DNA from: Minisyncoccota bacterium
Lineage (GTDB): Bacteria; Patescibacteriota; Minisyncoccia; Phycocordibacterales; UBA9973
Assembly (NCBI GenBank): GCA_041664465.1
Contig: JBAYKP010000001.1
Coordinates: 4,204-68,203 of the forward strand
Reading direction: 5' to 3'
Length of the DNA stretch: 64,000 bases
In this document: positions 19,617-29,310 of the stretch, piece after piece
How positions within the stretch are numbered: position 1 is the first letter of the stretch
Layout: every line of letters begins with the position of its first letter
Position numbers and translations under genes: made by a program
The notes under the pieces: generated by a model
What the model saw: only the letters and a program-made list of their open reading frames with translations
What the model was told of the DNA's origin: nothing
Databases searched by the model: none

Positions 19617-21014
19617 ATGGAGCCTATGATAGACAAAAAAACAAACATACGTATCCCTCCTCAGAGCATAGATGGGGAAAAAGCCGTCCTAGGTTCTATA
19701 ATGCTTCGCCCTTCCGCCATCCACGAAATCAATGATATTATAAATGCCGATTCTTTTTATGTTGCTAAACATTCCAATATTTATAAGACAATGCTTGAAC
19801 TTTCAAGTAAGGGCAACCCTATTGACCTACTCTCGGTCTCTCATAAATTAAAAGAAAAAGGAATGCTTGATTCTATCGGTGGCAATAGTTATCTGACTGA
19901 GCTTTCGAATTCTGTTCCTGCTTCTACAAATATTAAATATTATGCTGATATTGTCGCCCAAAAACATATTTTACGAAAAATAATAGATGCCGGTAGTGAT
20001 ATCTCAGAGCTTGGCTTTAAAGATGAAGTAGAAAATGTTTTTGAAATTTTAGATCAAGCCGAGAAAAGAATGATGGGCATCAATAGCAATATGTCAGGCC
20101 ACGCCTTCACATCTCTCAAAGATAGCTTGCCTGAAGCATGGGAAAGATTGGAGAAACTTCATGAGAATAAAGGAGAGCTTCGTGGAGTGCCGACTGGTTT
20201 CCATGACCTTGATCAATATCTCTCGGGCTTACAGAAATCTGACCTTATTATTCTCGCTGCACGTCCTTCTATGGGTAAGACGACTCTCGCCTTAGATATT
20301 GCCCGCCAAGCAGCTATGAATCATGGCACTCCCACAGTTATCTTCTCTCTTGAAATGAGCACCCAACAACTAGTAGATAGAATGCTAGCAGCACAATCAC
20401 GCGTAAATGCTTGGAATCTCCGCACAGGTAATCTCTCTGCTGAAAGTGAATTTGCCAAGATTCGCGACTCTCTTGATAGCTTGTCGAAAGCTCCAATCTT
20501 CGTAGATGATTTGGCGGGTAACTCTATCGTACGTATGCGTTCTGTCTGTCGTCGCATCCGTGCTGAGCATGGCATAGGGCTTATCATAGTGGATTACTTA
20601 CAGCTAATGTCTACTTCTAAAAATTACGACAATATGGTAAACCAAGTAACTGAAATTTCTCGTTCTCTTAAAGCTCTTGCCAAGGAGTTTGATGTACCAG
20701 TTCTAGCCCTTTCTCAGCTCTCTCGTGCTGTTGAATCTCGTGGTGGTAGACCTCGTCTTTCAGATCTTCGTGACTCAGGTTCCATTGAGCAGGATGCGGA
20801 CATAGTTATGTTCATCCATAGAGAAGATATAGGTAAGGACGAAAGCGAAAAGACAAATATCTGTGAAGTTCTCATTGAAAAACACAGAAATGGTCCAGTC
20901 GGTAAAGTCGAATTATACTTCGATGAGAAGACTACGACTTTCGTTTCAATTGATAAATCAGGAATGCATCAGTTTGCACCTACAAATACTGGTGGTGCAA
21001 TAGATCAGTTTTAA
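19617..21014 (+). CDS. dnaB: Replicative DNA helicase
   Basis: 465 aa; DnaB N-terminal domain, Walker A ARPSMGKT, RecA-like C-terminal domain. Confidence 0.9.
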   Translation: MEPMIDKKTNIRIPPQSIDGEKAVLGSIMLRPSAIHEINDIINADSFYVAKHSNIYKTMLELSSKGNPIDLLSVSHKLKEKGMLDSIGGNSYLTELSNSVPASTNIKYYADIVAQKHILRKIIDAGSDISELGFKDEVENVFEILDQAEKRMMGINSNMSGHAFTSLKDSLPEAWERLEKLHENKGELRGVPTGFHDLDQYLSGLQKSDLIILAARPSMGKTTLALDIARQAAMNHGTPTVIFSLEMSTQQLVDRMLAAQSRVNAWNLRTGNLSAESEFAKIRDSLDSLSKAPIFVDDLAGNSIVRMRSVCRRIRAEHGIGLIIVDYLQLMSTSKNYDNMVNQVTEISRSLKALAKEFDVPVLALSQLSRAVESRGGRPRLSDLRDSGSIEQDADIVMFIHREDIGKDESEKTNICEVLIEKHRNGPVGKVELYFDEKTTTFVSIDKSGMHQFAPTNTGGAIDQF

Positions 21015-21043
21015 TCCACCGAAGCAAGGCTTCGGTAAACACA

Positions 21044-21658
21044 ATGGATCCAATAAATAAATTAACAGAATATTTCAAAGAATTCCCAGGAATTGGTGAA
21101 CGCCAAGCCAAGCGCTTCGTGTATTTTCTGCTTCACAAGAATCCTATTTATGTGAAAGAGCTGGGAGATAAAATTCTAGATTTAAAGAATACTATTCACC
21201 AATGCCCTTCTTGCTTCCTTTTCTTCCAATCACAAAAAGTGGAGCTTTGCGATACTTGTAGTAATCCAAAAACTGACAAGACTTCCCTTCTTATAGTTGA
21301 GAAAGATGCCGATTATGAAAATATAAAAAGAAGTAAGAATTATAATGGAAAATATTTTATACTAGGTGGTTTGGTGCCAATAGTTTCTAAAGATACTCCA
21401 AACTATGTCAGAACGAAAGAATTACTTCGAAATATTGAACTACAGTATAAAGAATCTGGACTTAAAGAAGTCATCATCGCTTTGTCTTTGAATCCTCAGG
21501 GCGAGCATACAGATATGTATCTAAGAGAGCTTCTTACTCCCTTGCAAGATAAATATAAATTAAACATAGTATCTCTCGGTCGTGGCCTCTCCACCGGCAC
21601 CGAACTAGAATACTCCGACTCTGAAACCATCAAAAATGCTCTCATAAATAGACAATAA
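21044..21658 (+). CDS. recR: Recombination protein RecR
   Basis: 204 aa; HhH PGIGERQAKRF, C4 zinc finger CPSC...CDTC, Toprim. Confidence 0.85.
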   Translation: MDPINKLTEYFKEFPGIGERQAKRFVYFLLHKNPIYVKELGDKILDLKNTIHQCPSCFLFFQSQKVELCDTCSNPKTDKTSLLIVEKDADYENIKRSKNYNGKYFILGGLVPIVSKDTPNYVRTKELLRNIELQYKESGLKEVIIALSLNPQGEHTDMYLRELLTPLQDKYKLNIVSLGRGLSTGTELEYSDSETIKNALINRQ

Positions 21659-21661
21659 TAC

Positions 21662-21696
21662 AAAAAAGGTGTCAGCACGAAGCTAACACCTTTTTA
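21662..21696. terminator. bidirectional rho-independent terminator (AGGTGT...ACACCT flanked by A- and T-runs)
   Basis: between convergent recR and lipoprotein gene; AAAAAAGGTGTCAGCACGAAGCTAACACCTTTTT. Confidence 0.6.
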
Positions 21697-21700
21697 TATT

Positions 21701-22564
21701 TTAGAGAATTCTTTTTGAAATAATTTCAACAAAAGTCTTTTCACCTCTACTATTCACTGCATCAACCTTCCAACCAAAATCGGTCGTGGTTAATTTAGTG
21801 ATCTTTCTGTGATAGATACTATTGACGATGATTTCAGTCTCATCTTCATTAAAGTTCCATCTGCCAACATTAGCATTCAAACCATAAGTACCATCAACAT
21901 TAAAATACATTTTCTCTGTAGGATCATATGGAAAGAAATATATCTTGCCGTCGTCTGCTGTAACATTAGCACCAATAACAGTCCAAGATGGATTATTATA
22001 GGTCAGAAGTCCAAGCTTGGACGTACTCCAATCTCCCACAAGAATAATAACTTTTTCTGTTTTTGATCCCCCAGGACCAGTAACAATTAAAGTATATTCT
22101 GTGTTTTTATACAAAGATGGAGTATCAAAAGAATCAGAGTTTTTAACATTTGCTCCATCTAAAGTAACGGAGTTCACAAATCCTGATGCTTCCCAAGAAA
22201 ATTTACTTTTACCCCCAAAAACAATTGGGTCTTTGGAAAAAGATACAATTAAACGGGGAAAAGGTGCTTTGTCTACATCGATGGTAACTGTTTTTGTTGT
22301 TGTACCGCCAGAGTTTACGGCAACTATTTCAAAATTAGTTGTTTGAAATAATACTCCTGTTTCAAACGAGAGTGAAGATGCTTTTCCATTTACGGTAATA
22401 TAATCACCGTTTGTTGAAACGCTTATAGTAGCACTACCCCCGTAAACAATTACATTTGATGGGGTAACATTGAAGCTCAATACTGGCGGAACCAGTATTA
22501 CTGCAGGGTCTTTTTTGCAACTCATGCAAATAACGACCAATACTAAGGCAAGAAAATTTTTCAT
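21701..22564 (-). CDS. predicted lipoprotein/secreted protein (287 aa), partner of surface protein 1
   Basis: signal peptide with Cys lipobox-like VVICMSC; Gly/Thr/Ser/Asn-rich beta-rich composition; follows the large surface-protein gene. Confidence 0.5.
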   Translation of the reverse strand: MKNFLALVLVVICMSCKKDPAVILVPPVLSFNVTPSNVIVYGGSATISVSTNGDYITVNGKASSLSFETGVLFQTTNFEIVAVNSGGTTTKTVTIDVDKAPFPRLIVSFSKDPIVFGGKSKFSWEASGFVNSVTLDGANVKNSDSFDTPSLYKNTEYTLIVTGPGGSKTEKVIILVGDWSTSKLGLLTYNNPSWTVIGANVTADDGKIYFFPYDPTEKMYFNVDGTYGLNANVGRWNFNEDETEIIVNSIYHRKITKLTTTDFGWKVDAVNSRGEKTFVEIISKRIL

Positions 22565-22652
22565 GGTATATAGTTTTAATTTACATTCTTATTTCAAGTA
22601 TAAGACACAAATAAGAAATTGTCAATACCAAAATGGATTAATTAATCCTATA

Positions 22653-22683
22653 GTAAAAAACACCTTATTTTAGGTGTTTTTTA
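22653..22683. terminator. rho-independent terminator (AACACCT-loop-AGGTGTT + T-run)
   Basis: directly downstream of surface protein 1 stop; palindromic with A/T runs on both sides. Confidence 0.6.
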
Positions 22684-22699
22684 CTATCATTAAACAATT

Positions 22700-24904
22700 T
22701 TATATAGGGTTATCATAACAAGTAACATTAAATGTAGTATTCTGTGTTAATGTAAAAGAAACAGGAAAAGATGCTTGTGTAGTTGATATACCCTGCCCGC
22801 AAGATCCACCACCTGAACCTGTATATGTACATTCACAATGTGTTGCATTTAGAGGTTTCCAACTAACAGAAACTGTACCACCATAAGAGATATTTGTTTG
22901 ACTAGCACTTACAGTTACCGTCGGCGCGGGAGTTGTTACAAAAATTGGTGTAGATTTAACGATACTACCACCACCTGCATCAAAACAAGTAACTGAATAT
23001 GTTTTATCAGCTGTCGGTGTATGATAGTAATCACCAGATAAACGTGTATCATAAGTACCACCATCTGTAGAAATACAAGATGTTGCGTTAGTGGAAGCCC
23101 AGTGAATATGAGCTTGTGATCCAGAAGTAATAACATTATTATCGGCCCAAACACTCAAGCTAACAGTAGGAGGAGTTGAAACAGAAAAAGCAATACTTGT
23201 CCCTCCAAAACTAGTATTAATAAATGATTGAAAATTTACTTGACCACTGCCACCCCAACTAGGTAATTGATATGAATATGAACCAGATGTTCCACCACCA
23301 GCATACTGACTCAATAATTGAGGTGTTGTCGGAGCTAGTAGACTTCCACCTTGAGCCACTGTTGATTGTATTCCACAAAAAACCGCTCTGCCATCGCTAC
23401 AACCACATGCACCTATGGTAGCACTTGCTATTAAAGTATCGTTTGTCATATAACCTGAGGGTTTATCAATATTTGCACTGTATGCTATATAGCAAGAAGT
23501 ACCAGAAATACTCATAGTCTCATAGTAACTACCAGCATAAGCATTATTTGTAAACAAGAGCGTTCCAAACAAAAATATAAATAATATTAAAATCTTTGTT
23601 TCTATATTGTTGGTTTCAGAATTAATACTTCTTTTATTTTTTTTATACATATATAAGATTATTGCGGCTAGTATTAGTAATATGACAATAATAATTGGAG
23701 CTATATTTGTTGACTTCTTAACTGAAACTGTTTGTATTGTAAAGCTTTTTTCATCAAGAACTTTATTTACACTATCTTTTAAAGTAATTGTTATTGTTGG
23801 ATTAAAACAATTTTTCTTGATACTTATAGGTATCTCTGTTTTAGGTTTTGTTAAATCAAAGACTAAGGGAGTCACAATCTGATTTGAACATTCTTGTCCG
23901 ATACTATTTTTAATTAAAGTTGTAGCAGATATGGAGGCATTATTTGTCGCATCACCTCTCACTAATTTACCTACAATAGAATTCCACAGAAGTGATACAT
24001 TTGCAGTTTCCCCTTTTTGATAATAATCTTTATCCATGAGTACATTACTAATAGTTGCAGAACTTCCCCTGACTATATAAGAAAAACTTACCTTATTTGA
24101 TAAAATATTTCCCTCCTTTAAAGCAATAGTTGCATAATATGTACCTGATTTATCAATATTAGGTAAAGTTATTGAAAATAATTTAGATTCTTTGGATTTA
24201 TAGCTAATTGATTGAATATCTATTGCTCCTAATTCAACTAATTTACCATAAGAATTAGATTCTCTTATTTCTAAAACAGGGTTAACTTGTATTTCCTTAT
24301 CTGAATTATTATTTGCAAAACATGATATAGATATATTTTCATCTATACCTATATCGAGTGGAGGGTTTAATTTATATGCAACTGAGTTTTTCTCTCCAGG
24401 AACCTTAAGAAAACAAGATCCCGAAGAAATGTAAATTCCCTTTTGCGAAGCCTTAATTCTAACAGTTCCAAGAAGTCCAGTACTATAAGGAAATCCTTCT
24501 TCGTTTTTACTTATTATATACAATGAAAATGTTCCATCTAAAATTTCTGGAGCCGTATATTGAATAGTTTTTTTGATAGATGAATTTTCGTATAATGTTA
24601 GAGATTCATTATATATCTTTTCATCGACTGTAGTTTGAATTTTATTTGAAGTAGAAACTAGTTGTACTCCATATTTTACTCCAGTCTGAATTCCCTTGCC
24701 GTTTGAAAGTATAAAAGATATGTCAAATTTATTGTTTTCTTGTTTTACAATTTTAGCTTCATTTATATTTACATCAGCTAAAATTATTGCTTGAGAGGAA
24801 TTGCTGGTAGGTGTTGTGGGGGGGGGCGTCGCTGCGAAAAGTGGAGTGCTGATGAATAGTGATAAAAAAACAACTACGAGAGAAAGTTTTGATATGGTTT
24901 TCAT
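22700..24904 (-). CDS. large surface protein 1 (734 aa): signal peptide, ~370-aa ectodomain, TM hairpin, Gly/Ser/Thr/Cys-rich C-terminal domain with repeated W..NATxC..TY..TFNVTC modules
   Basis: N-terminal signal MKTISKLSLVVVFLSLFISTPLFA; two internal hydrophobic helices ~aa 395-450; full-length paralog of 35706-37919. Confidence 0.5.
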   Translation of the reverse strand: MKTISKLSLVVVFLSLFISTPLFAATPPPTTPTSNSSQAIILADVNINEAKIVKQENNKFDISFILSNGKGIQTGVKYGVQLVSTSNKIQTTVDEKIYNESLTLYENSSIKKTIQYTAPEILDGTFSLYIISKNEEGFPYSTGLLGTVRIKASQKGIYISSGSCFLKVPGEKNSVAYKLNPPLDIGIDENISISCFANNNSDKEIQVNPVLEIRESNSYGKLVELGAIDIQSISYKSKESKLFSITLPNIDKSGTYYATIALKEGNILSNKVSFSYIVRGSSATISNVLMDKDYYQKGETANVSLLWNSIVGKLVRGDATNNASISATTLIKNSIGQECSNQIVTPLVFDLTKPKTEIPISIKKNCFNPTITITLKDSVNKVLDEKSFTIQTVSVKKSTNIAPIIIVILLILAAIILYMYKKNKRSINSETNNIETKILILFIFLFGTLLFTNNAYAGSYYETMSISGTSCYIAYSANIDKPSGYMTNDTLIASATIGACGCSDGRAVFCGIQSTVAQGGSLLAPTTPQLLSQYAGGGTSGSYSYQLPSWGGSGQVNFQSFINTSFGGTSIAFSVSTPPTVSLSVWADNNVITSGSQAHIHWASTNATSCISTDGGTYDTRLSGDYYHTPTADKTYSVTCFDAGGGSIVKSTPIFVTTPAPTVTVSASQTNISYGGTVSVSWKPLNATHCECTYTGSGGGSCGQGISTTQASFPVSFTLTQNTTFNVTCYDNPI

Positions 24905-24982
24905 AAAATGAAAAATAAAAATTAGTGATTAATAAATTACTCTAAATATTATACCATAAGATGGAAAAGAAAGGTAAATATA

Positions 24983-25020
24983 AACCAGCCCGAAGCATTG
25001 CTTCGGGCTGGTTAGTTTTA
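24983..25020. terminator. rho-independent terminator (CCAGCCCGAAGC-ATTG-CTTCGGGCTGG)
   Basis: 12-bp GC-rich stem between rplU stop and surface protein 1 promoter, T/A runs both sides. Confidence 0.65.
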
Positions 25021-25027
25021 TGATGTT

Positions 25028-25390
25028 TTATTTGATTGCTGAGATTTTGACTTCTACGAAGGGTTGACGGTGGCCATTCTTCTTCAAGTATCGGCTCTTT
25101 TGCTTGTATTTGACGACTGTGACTGTGGGGCGCTTGCCGGCTTTCTGGAAGAGTGATTCTACTTTTGCTCCTGTGATATAAGGATTGCCGATGGTTGTAT
25201 CTACTCCGTTGTCTACCAGTAAGACTTTATCAAAGACAATTTTGTCTCCGACTTTGAAATCCCCATCTAATTTCTCAATTTTAAGGATATCTCCAATAGC
25301 GACTTTGTACTGCTTACCACCTGTAAAAATCACAGCAAATTCTTTACTTTCAGATACTTTCTTTTGGGTTGTTTTTTTAGCTGTTGCCAT
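25028..25390 (-). CDS. rplU: Ribosomal protein L21 (with ~18-aa Lys-rich N-terminal extension)
   Basis: 120 aa; GGKQYKVAIGD...GAKV...HRQP pattern of bL21. Confidence 0.85.
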   Translation of the reverse strand: MATAKKTTQKKVSESKEFAVIFTGGKQYKVAIGDILKIEKLDGDFKVGDKIVFDKVLLVDNGVDTTIGNPYITGAKVESLFQKAGKRPTVTVVKYKQKSRYLKKNGHRQPFVEVKISAIK

Positions 25391-25453
25391 ATTTATGTAT
25401 TATAGAAAACGCTATATAAAGGTTTTCCACAGGACTCATAATACACAAATATT

Positions 25454-26401
25454 TTGAAAAAAGCAATAGGGGTTGTATACTATAAGAATATGATATCAAA
25501 ATACAAATATAAAGGTTTAACTTGGATGGATTTAGAATCTCCCACCGATGATGAAATGGGGCACATAATGGAAGAGTACTCTATCCCCCCAGTTGTCGGA
25601 GAAGAAATGAAGAATCTAAGTCTGCAATCAAAAGTAGACTTATATCCAAACTTTATTTATCTAATATTACATTTTCCTGAGATATCACACAGTGGGAATA
25701 AAAGTATAGAAAAAGAAATTGATTTTATTATTAGTAACGATTTTATTATCACAACTCATTATGGGCCGATAGATTCTTTGCATGAATTTTCAAAAACTTT
25801 TGAAGTAGATGCAATACTTGAGAAGCGTATGGATGTGGATCATGCGGGCTTCTTATTCTTTCATCTTATCAAATCATTATATGTTCATTCTAGATACCAA
25901 TTAAACAGTGTAAACATACTTTTAAAAGATGTTGAGAATAAAATTTTTGGAGGAATGGAAGGAAAAATGGTAGCAACTCTCTCCAACATCAATAGGACAC
26001 TCTTAGATTTCCGCCAAGCGATAAGATTCCATAAAGAAGTCCTAGGATCTTTTGAATTATCGGCCAAGCACTTCTTTGGTGATAAATTTGGTTATTATAT
26101 TTCGGCGATTATAAGTGAATATAATAAAACACAATCAATTTTAGACAGTCATAAAGAAATCTTGGATGATTTACGAGATACGAATGACTCTCTGTTAGCT
26201 AATAAAACCAAGGAAACTATGAAGATTTTGACTATTATTACTTTCCTTATTTCGCCTATTACTATCATCTCTGATATTTTTGTGATAAATAGTAAATTTC
26301 TCCAATCACAAAGTAGTCGGTCTTACTCTCTAGTTTTAGTTTTGATGCTCGTTACAAGTTTAATGGTATTTATTTATATTAAAAGAAAAAAATGGCTCTA
26401 A
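25454..26401 (+). CDS. CorA-family divalent cation transporter (GMN replaced by VIN)
   Basis: 315 aa; soluble N-domain plus two C-terminal TM helices, C-terminus ...YIKRKKWL typical of CorA; signature position reads FVINSKF. Confidence 0.6.
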   Translation: MKKAIGVVYYKNMISKYKYKGLTWMDLESPTDDEMGHIMEEYSIPPVVGEEMKNLSLQSKVDLYPNFIYLILHFPEISHSGNKSIEKEIDFIISNDFIITTHYGPIDSLHEFSKTFEVDAILEKRMDVDHAGFLFFHLIKSLYVHSRYQLNSVNILLKDVENKIFGGMEGKMVATLSNINRTLLDFRQAIRFHKEVLGSFELSAKHFFGDKFGYYISAIISEYNKTQSILDSHKEILDDLRDTNDSLLANKTKETMKILTIITFLISPITIISDIFVINSKFLQSQSSRSYSLVLVLMLVTSLMVFIYIKRKKWL

Positions 26402-27774
26402 AAATTTATAATACTCTTACAAGAGCGAAAGAAGAATTCAAACCAATTAAAAGTAATGAAGTGGGTCTGTATACTTGTGGGCCGACTGTTTATAATTATG
26501 CTCATATTGGTAATCTTCGCACTTATATCTTTGAAGATGTGCTTAAACGTGTGCTAAATTATAATGGCTATAATGTAAAACATGTGATGAATATTACCGA
26601 TGTCGGTCATCTGACTGGAGATGGTAATATGGGTGAAGATAAAATTGAAAAAGAATCCAAAAAAGAAAATAAAACTGTATGGCAAATAGCAGAATTTTAT
26701 ACAAATAAATTTAAAGAAGATTTAACTAATTTGAATATTATTTACCCTAGTATTTTCTGTAAAGCGACTGACAATATAAAAGAACAAATAGAAATGATCA
26801 AAGTTCTTGAGCAAAAAGGTTTTACATATAGAACTTCCGATGGCATATATTTTGATACATCTAAGGTGGCGGATTATACCAAGCTCTCACATCAAAATCT
26901 TGAAGCACTCAAAGAAGGAGCAAGAGTCGAAGCCAATAGTGAAAAGAAAAATCCCACCGATTTTGCATTGTGGAAATTCTCCCCTTCTGATACCAAAAGA
27001 CAAATGGAATGGGAAAGTCCTTGGGGTATTGGCTTCCCAGGCTGGCATATAGAATGCTCAGCGATGAGTATCAAGTACTTGGGGACTCATTTTGATATAC
27101 ATGCAGGTGGAGTAGACTTCATCAATCTTCACCATACTAACGAGCTTGCTCAAAGCGAAGCTTGTACAGAAGAGGTGCCTTGGGTAAATTATTGGATGCA
27201 CGGAGAATTCTTAAATCTAAAAGATGGCGAGAAAATGGCCAAAAGTACTGGGAACTTCCTGACGATTTCAAGTGAATTTATAAATAAAAATATTAATCCT
27301 CTCGTATACCGCTATGCGACTTATTCTGTACATTATAGGAAGCAAATGGAATGGAATGAAGAAATAATAAATTCTGCTGTTAATGGTTATAAAAATCTTT
27401 TAGATAAAGTTAAAAATCTTGGCCGAAGTGTTGGTCTTGTGAATGAAGAATTAAAAGAAAGATTTCTAGAAAGTATCAACGATGACCTGAATATGTCTAA
27501 AGCTATGGCAACAGTCGGGGAAGTTTTCAAATATGGTATTTCCAATGCAGACAAACTAGCTACAATACTTGATTTCGATAAGGTTTTAGGGCTTGATTTA
27601 GATAAAATAAAAGAAGAACGTATCCCCGATGAAGTAAACCAGCTTGCTTTAAAGCGACAAGAAGCTCGAAATAACAAAGATTGGGCTAAAAGTGATGAAT
27701 TAAGAGACAAGATTAAAGATTTAGGATTTGAAATAAAGGATATAGACGAAAAATATGAAATAAATAAGATATAA
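26392..27774 (+). CDS. cysS: Cysteinyl-tRNA synthetase
   Basis: 460 aa; [15 protein letters not shown] (HIGH), Zn ligands, KMAKSTGN (KMSKS). Confidence 0.9.
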   Translation: MALKIYNTLTRAKEEFKPIKSNEVGLYTCGPTVYNYAHIGNLRTYIFEDVLKRVLNYNGYNVKHVMNITDVGHLTGDGNMGEDKIEKESKKENKTVWQIAEFYTNKFKEDLTNLNIIYPSIFCKATDNIKEQIEMIKVLEQKGFTYRTSDGIYFDTSKVADYTKLSHQNLEALKEGARVEANSEKKNPTDFALWKFSPSDTKRQMEWESPWGIGFPGWHIECSAMSIKYLGTHFDIHAGGVDFINLHHTNELAQSEACTEEVPWVNYWMHGEFLNLKDGEKMAKSTGNFLTISSEFINKNINPLVYRYATYSVHYRKQMEWNEEIINSAVNGYKNLLDKVKNLGRSVGLVNEELKERFLESINDDLNMSKAMATVGEVFKYGISNADKLATILDFDKVLGLDLDKIKEERIPDEVNQLALKRQEARNNKDWAKSDELRDKIKDLGFEIKDIDEKYEINKI

Positions 27775-27849
27775 ACAGAGTCTTGCAATAAAGATGTTTA
27801 TATTCTATAATTAAAACATAATTAAGCAGGCAAATTATACTAATATAGC

Positions 27850-27942
27850 ATGGTGGACAGCTCACATAAGTGGGTAGTCTTTGTTGTATTTATAATTATT
27901 TCTAAATAATACACGACACCCACATAACTGTGGGCTTTTTTA
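27850..27942 (+). promoter_or_regulatory. candidate leader-peptide/attenuator upstream of trpB: 19-codon ORF (one Trp codon) followed by terminator CCCACA-TAAC-TGTGGG + T6, with upstream GTGGG able to form an alternative pairing
   Basis: read directly: ATG GTG GAC AGC TCA CAT AAG TGG ... TAA (27850-27909); hairpin 27919-27934 then CTTTTTTATTT; similar CACATAA-TGGG element at 27863-27875. Confidence 0.35.
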
Positions 27943-28062
27943 TTTCTTACTTAAAACTATATGAATAAATTTATTTTTAAACAACATTGTACTGAATTCT
28001 GGCGTAATTAAAAAACGCTAAGTCTTTACATTACTATTTTAAAAAATAAAAACATAAATTAT

Positions 28063-29268
28063 ATGAAAACACAAATAAAATCATTAAAAAATTTACCAGA
28101 TGAAAATGGATATTATGGAAAATTCGGAGGGAGTTTCATCCCTCCTCAATTAGTAGAACCATTAAAAGAAATAGAACGAGAATATTTAAAAGCAAAAAAT
28201 GATCCAGAATTTCAAAAAGAGTATGCTGATTTATTAAAAAATTATGTTGGTCGTCCCTCACCGCTTTATTTTGCAAAAAACTTAACCGAAAAATTGGATG
28301 GCGCAAAAATTTATCTTAAACGAGAAGATTTAAATCATACAGGTGCTCATAAGATAAATCATTGTATTGGTGAAGTTTTATTAGCAAAAAGAATGGGAAA
28401 GAAAAAAGTTCTAGCTGAGACTGGAGCAGGACAGCATGGAGTAGCCCTTGCCACAGCAGCAGCCTTACTAGGGCTTGAATGTGAAATACATATGGGCTCT
28501 ATAGATATAGCCAAAGAACATCCCAATGTGATTCGTATGAAATTACTAGGGGCTAAAGTTGTAGAAGTCACAAGTGGAGGAAAATGTCTAAAAGATGCCG
28601 TAGATAGTGCTTTTGCAACCTTTATAAATGAGTACCAAACTACTTTCTTTGCTATTGGATCAGTTGTCGGACCGCATCCTTACCCAATGATTGTAAGAGA
28701 TTTTCAATCGATAGTTGGCAAAGAAGCGAAAGAACAAATTTTAGAGCAAGAAAAAAGGTTACCAGATTATGTAATAGGTTGTGTCGGTGGTGGTTCAAAT
28801 GCTATTGGATTATTCCATGAATTTCTTGATGATGAAGTGAAACTTATTGGCGTAGAGCCAGCTGGTAGAGGTTCTGGTATTGGTGATCACGCTGCTACAA
28901 TTACTTATGGTACAGAAGGTGTAATACATGGTATGAAGACAATAGTATTACAAGATGATAAGGGTGAACCAAATAGTGTTCATTCTATTGCATCTGGATT
29001 AGATTATCCAGGAGTTGGACCTATCCATGCTTATCTAAAAGATATTGGAAGAGTCCTATATACTAGCGCAACAGACGATGAAACTATAAAAGCATTCTTA
29101 GAATTATCTAAAGTGGAAGGAATTATTCCAGCTCTTGAAAGTGCTCACGCAGTAGCTTATGTAATGAAGTTTGCTCCAACTCTAAACAAAGATAAAATTA
29201 TAATTTTAAATCTTTCGGGGCGTGGAGATAAAGATATTGATTATATGGCTAAGTTATTAAAAATTTAA
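28063..29268 (+). CDS. trpB: Tryptophan synthase beta chain (stand-alone)
   Basis: 401 aa; PLP lysine motif [15 protein letters not shown]; no trpA or other trp genes adjacent. Confidence 0.9.
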   Translation: MKTQIKSLKNLPDENGYYGKFGGSFIPPQLVEPLKEIEREYLKAKNDPEFQKEYADLLKNYVGRPSPLYFAKNLTEKLDGAKIYLKREDLNHTGAHKINHCIGEVLLAKRMGKKKVLAETGAGQHGVALATAAALLGLECEIHMGSIDIAKEHPNVIRMKLLGAKVVEVTSGGKCLKDAVDSAFATFINEYQTTFFAIGSVVGPHPYPMIVRDFQSIVGKEAKEQILEQEKRLPDYVIGCVGGGSNAIGLFHEFLDDEVKLIGVEPAGRGSGIGDHAATITYGTEGVIHGMKTIVLQDDKGEPNSVHSIASGLDYPGVGPIHAYLKDIGRVLYTSATDDETIKAFLELSKVEGIIPALESAHAVAYVMKFAPTLNKDKIIILNLSGRGDKDIDYMAKLLKI

Positions 29269-29273
29269 TCTAA

Positions 29274-29309
29274 TATAAAAATGACTAGGTCTTGCCTAGT
29301 CATTTTTAT
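29274..29309. terminator. bidirectional terminator (ATGACTAGG-TCTTG-CCTAGTCAT)
   Basis: perfect 9-bp stem flanked by A5/T5 between convergent trpB and histidine kinase. Confidence 0.65.
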
Positions 29310-29310
29310 A

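Noticed and set aside
27840-27900. T-box riboswitch upstream of trpB
   Set aside because: No AGGGTGGNACCGCG-like T-box core sequence; only a short leader with a terminator.
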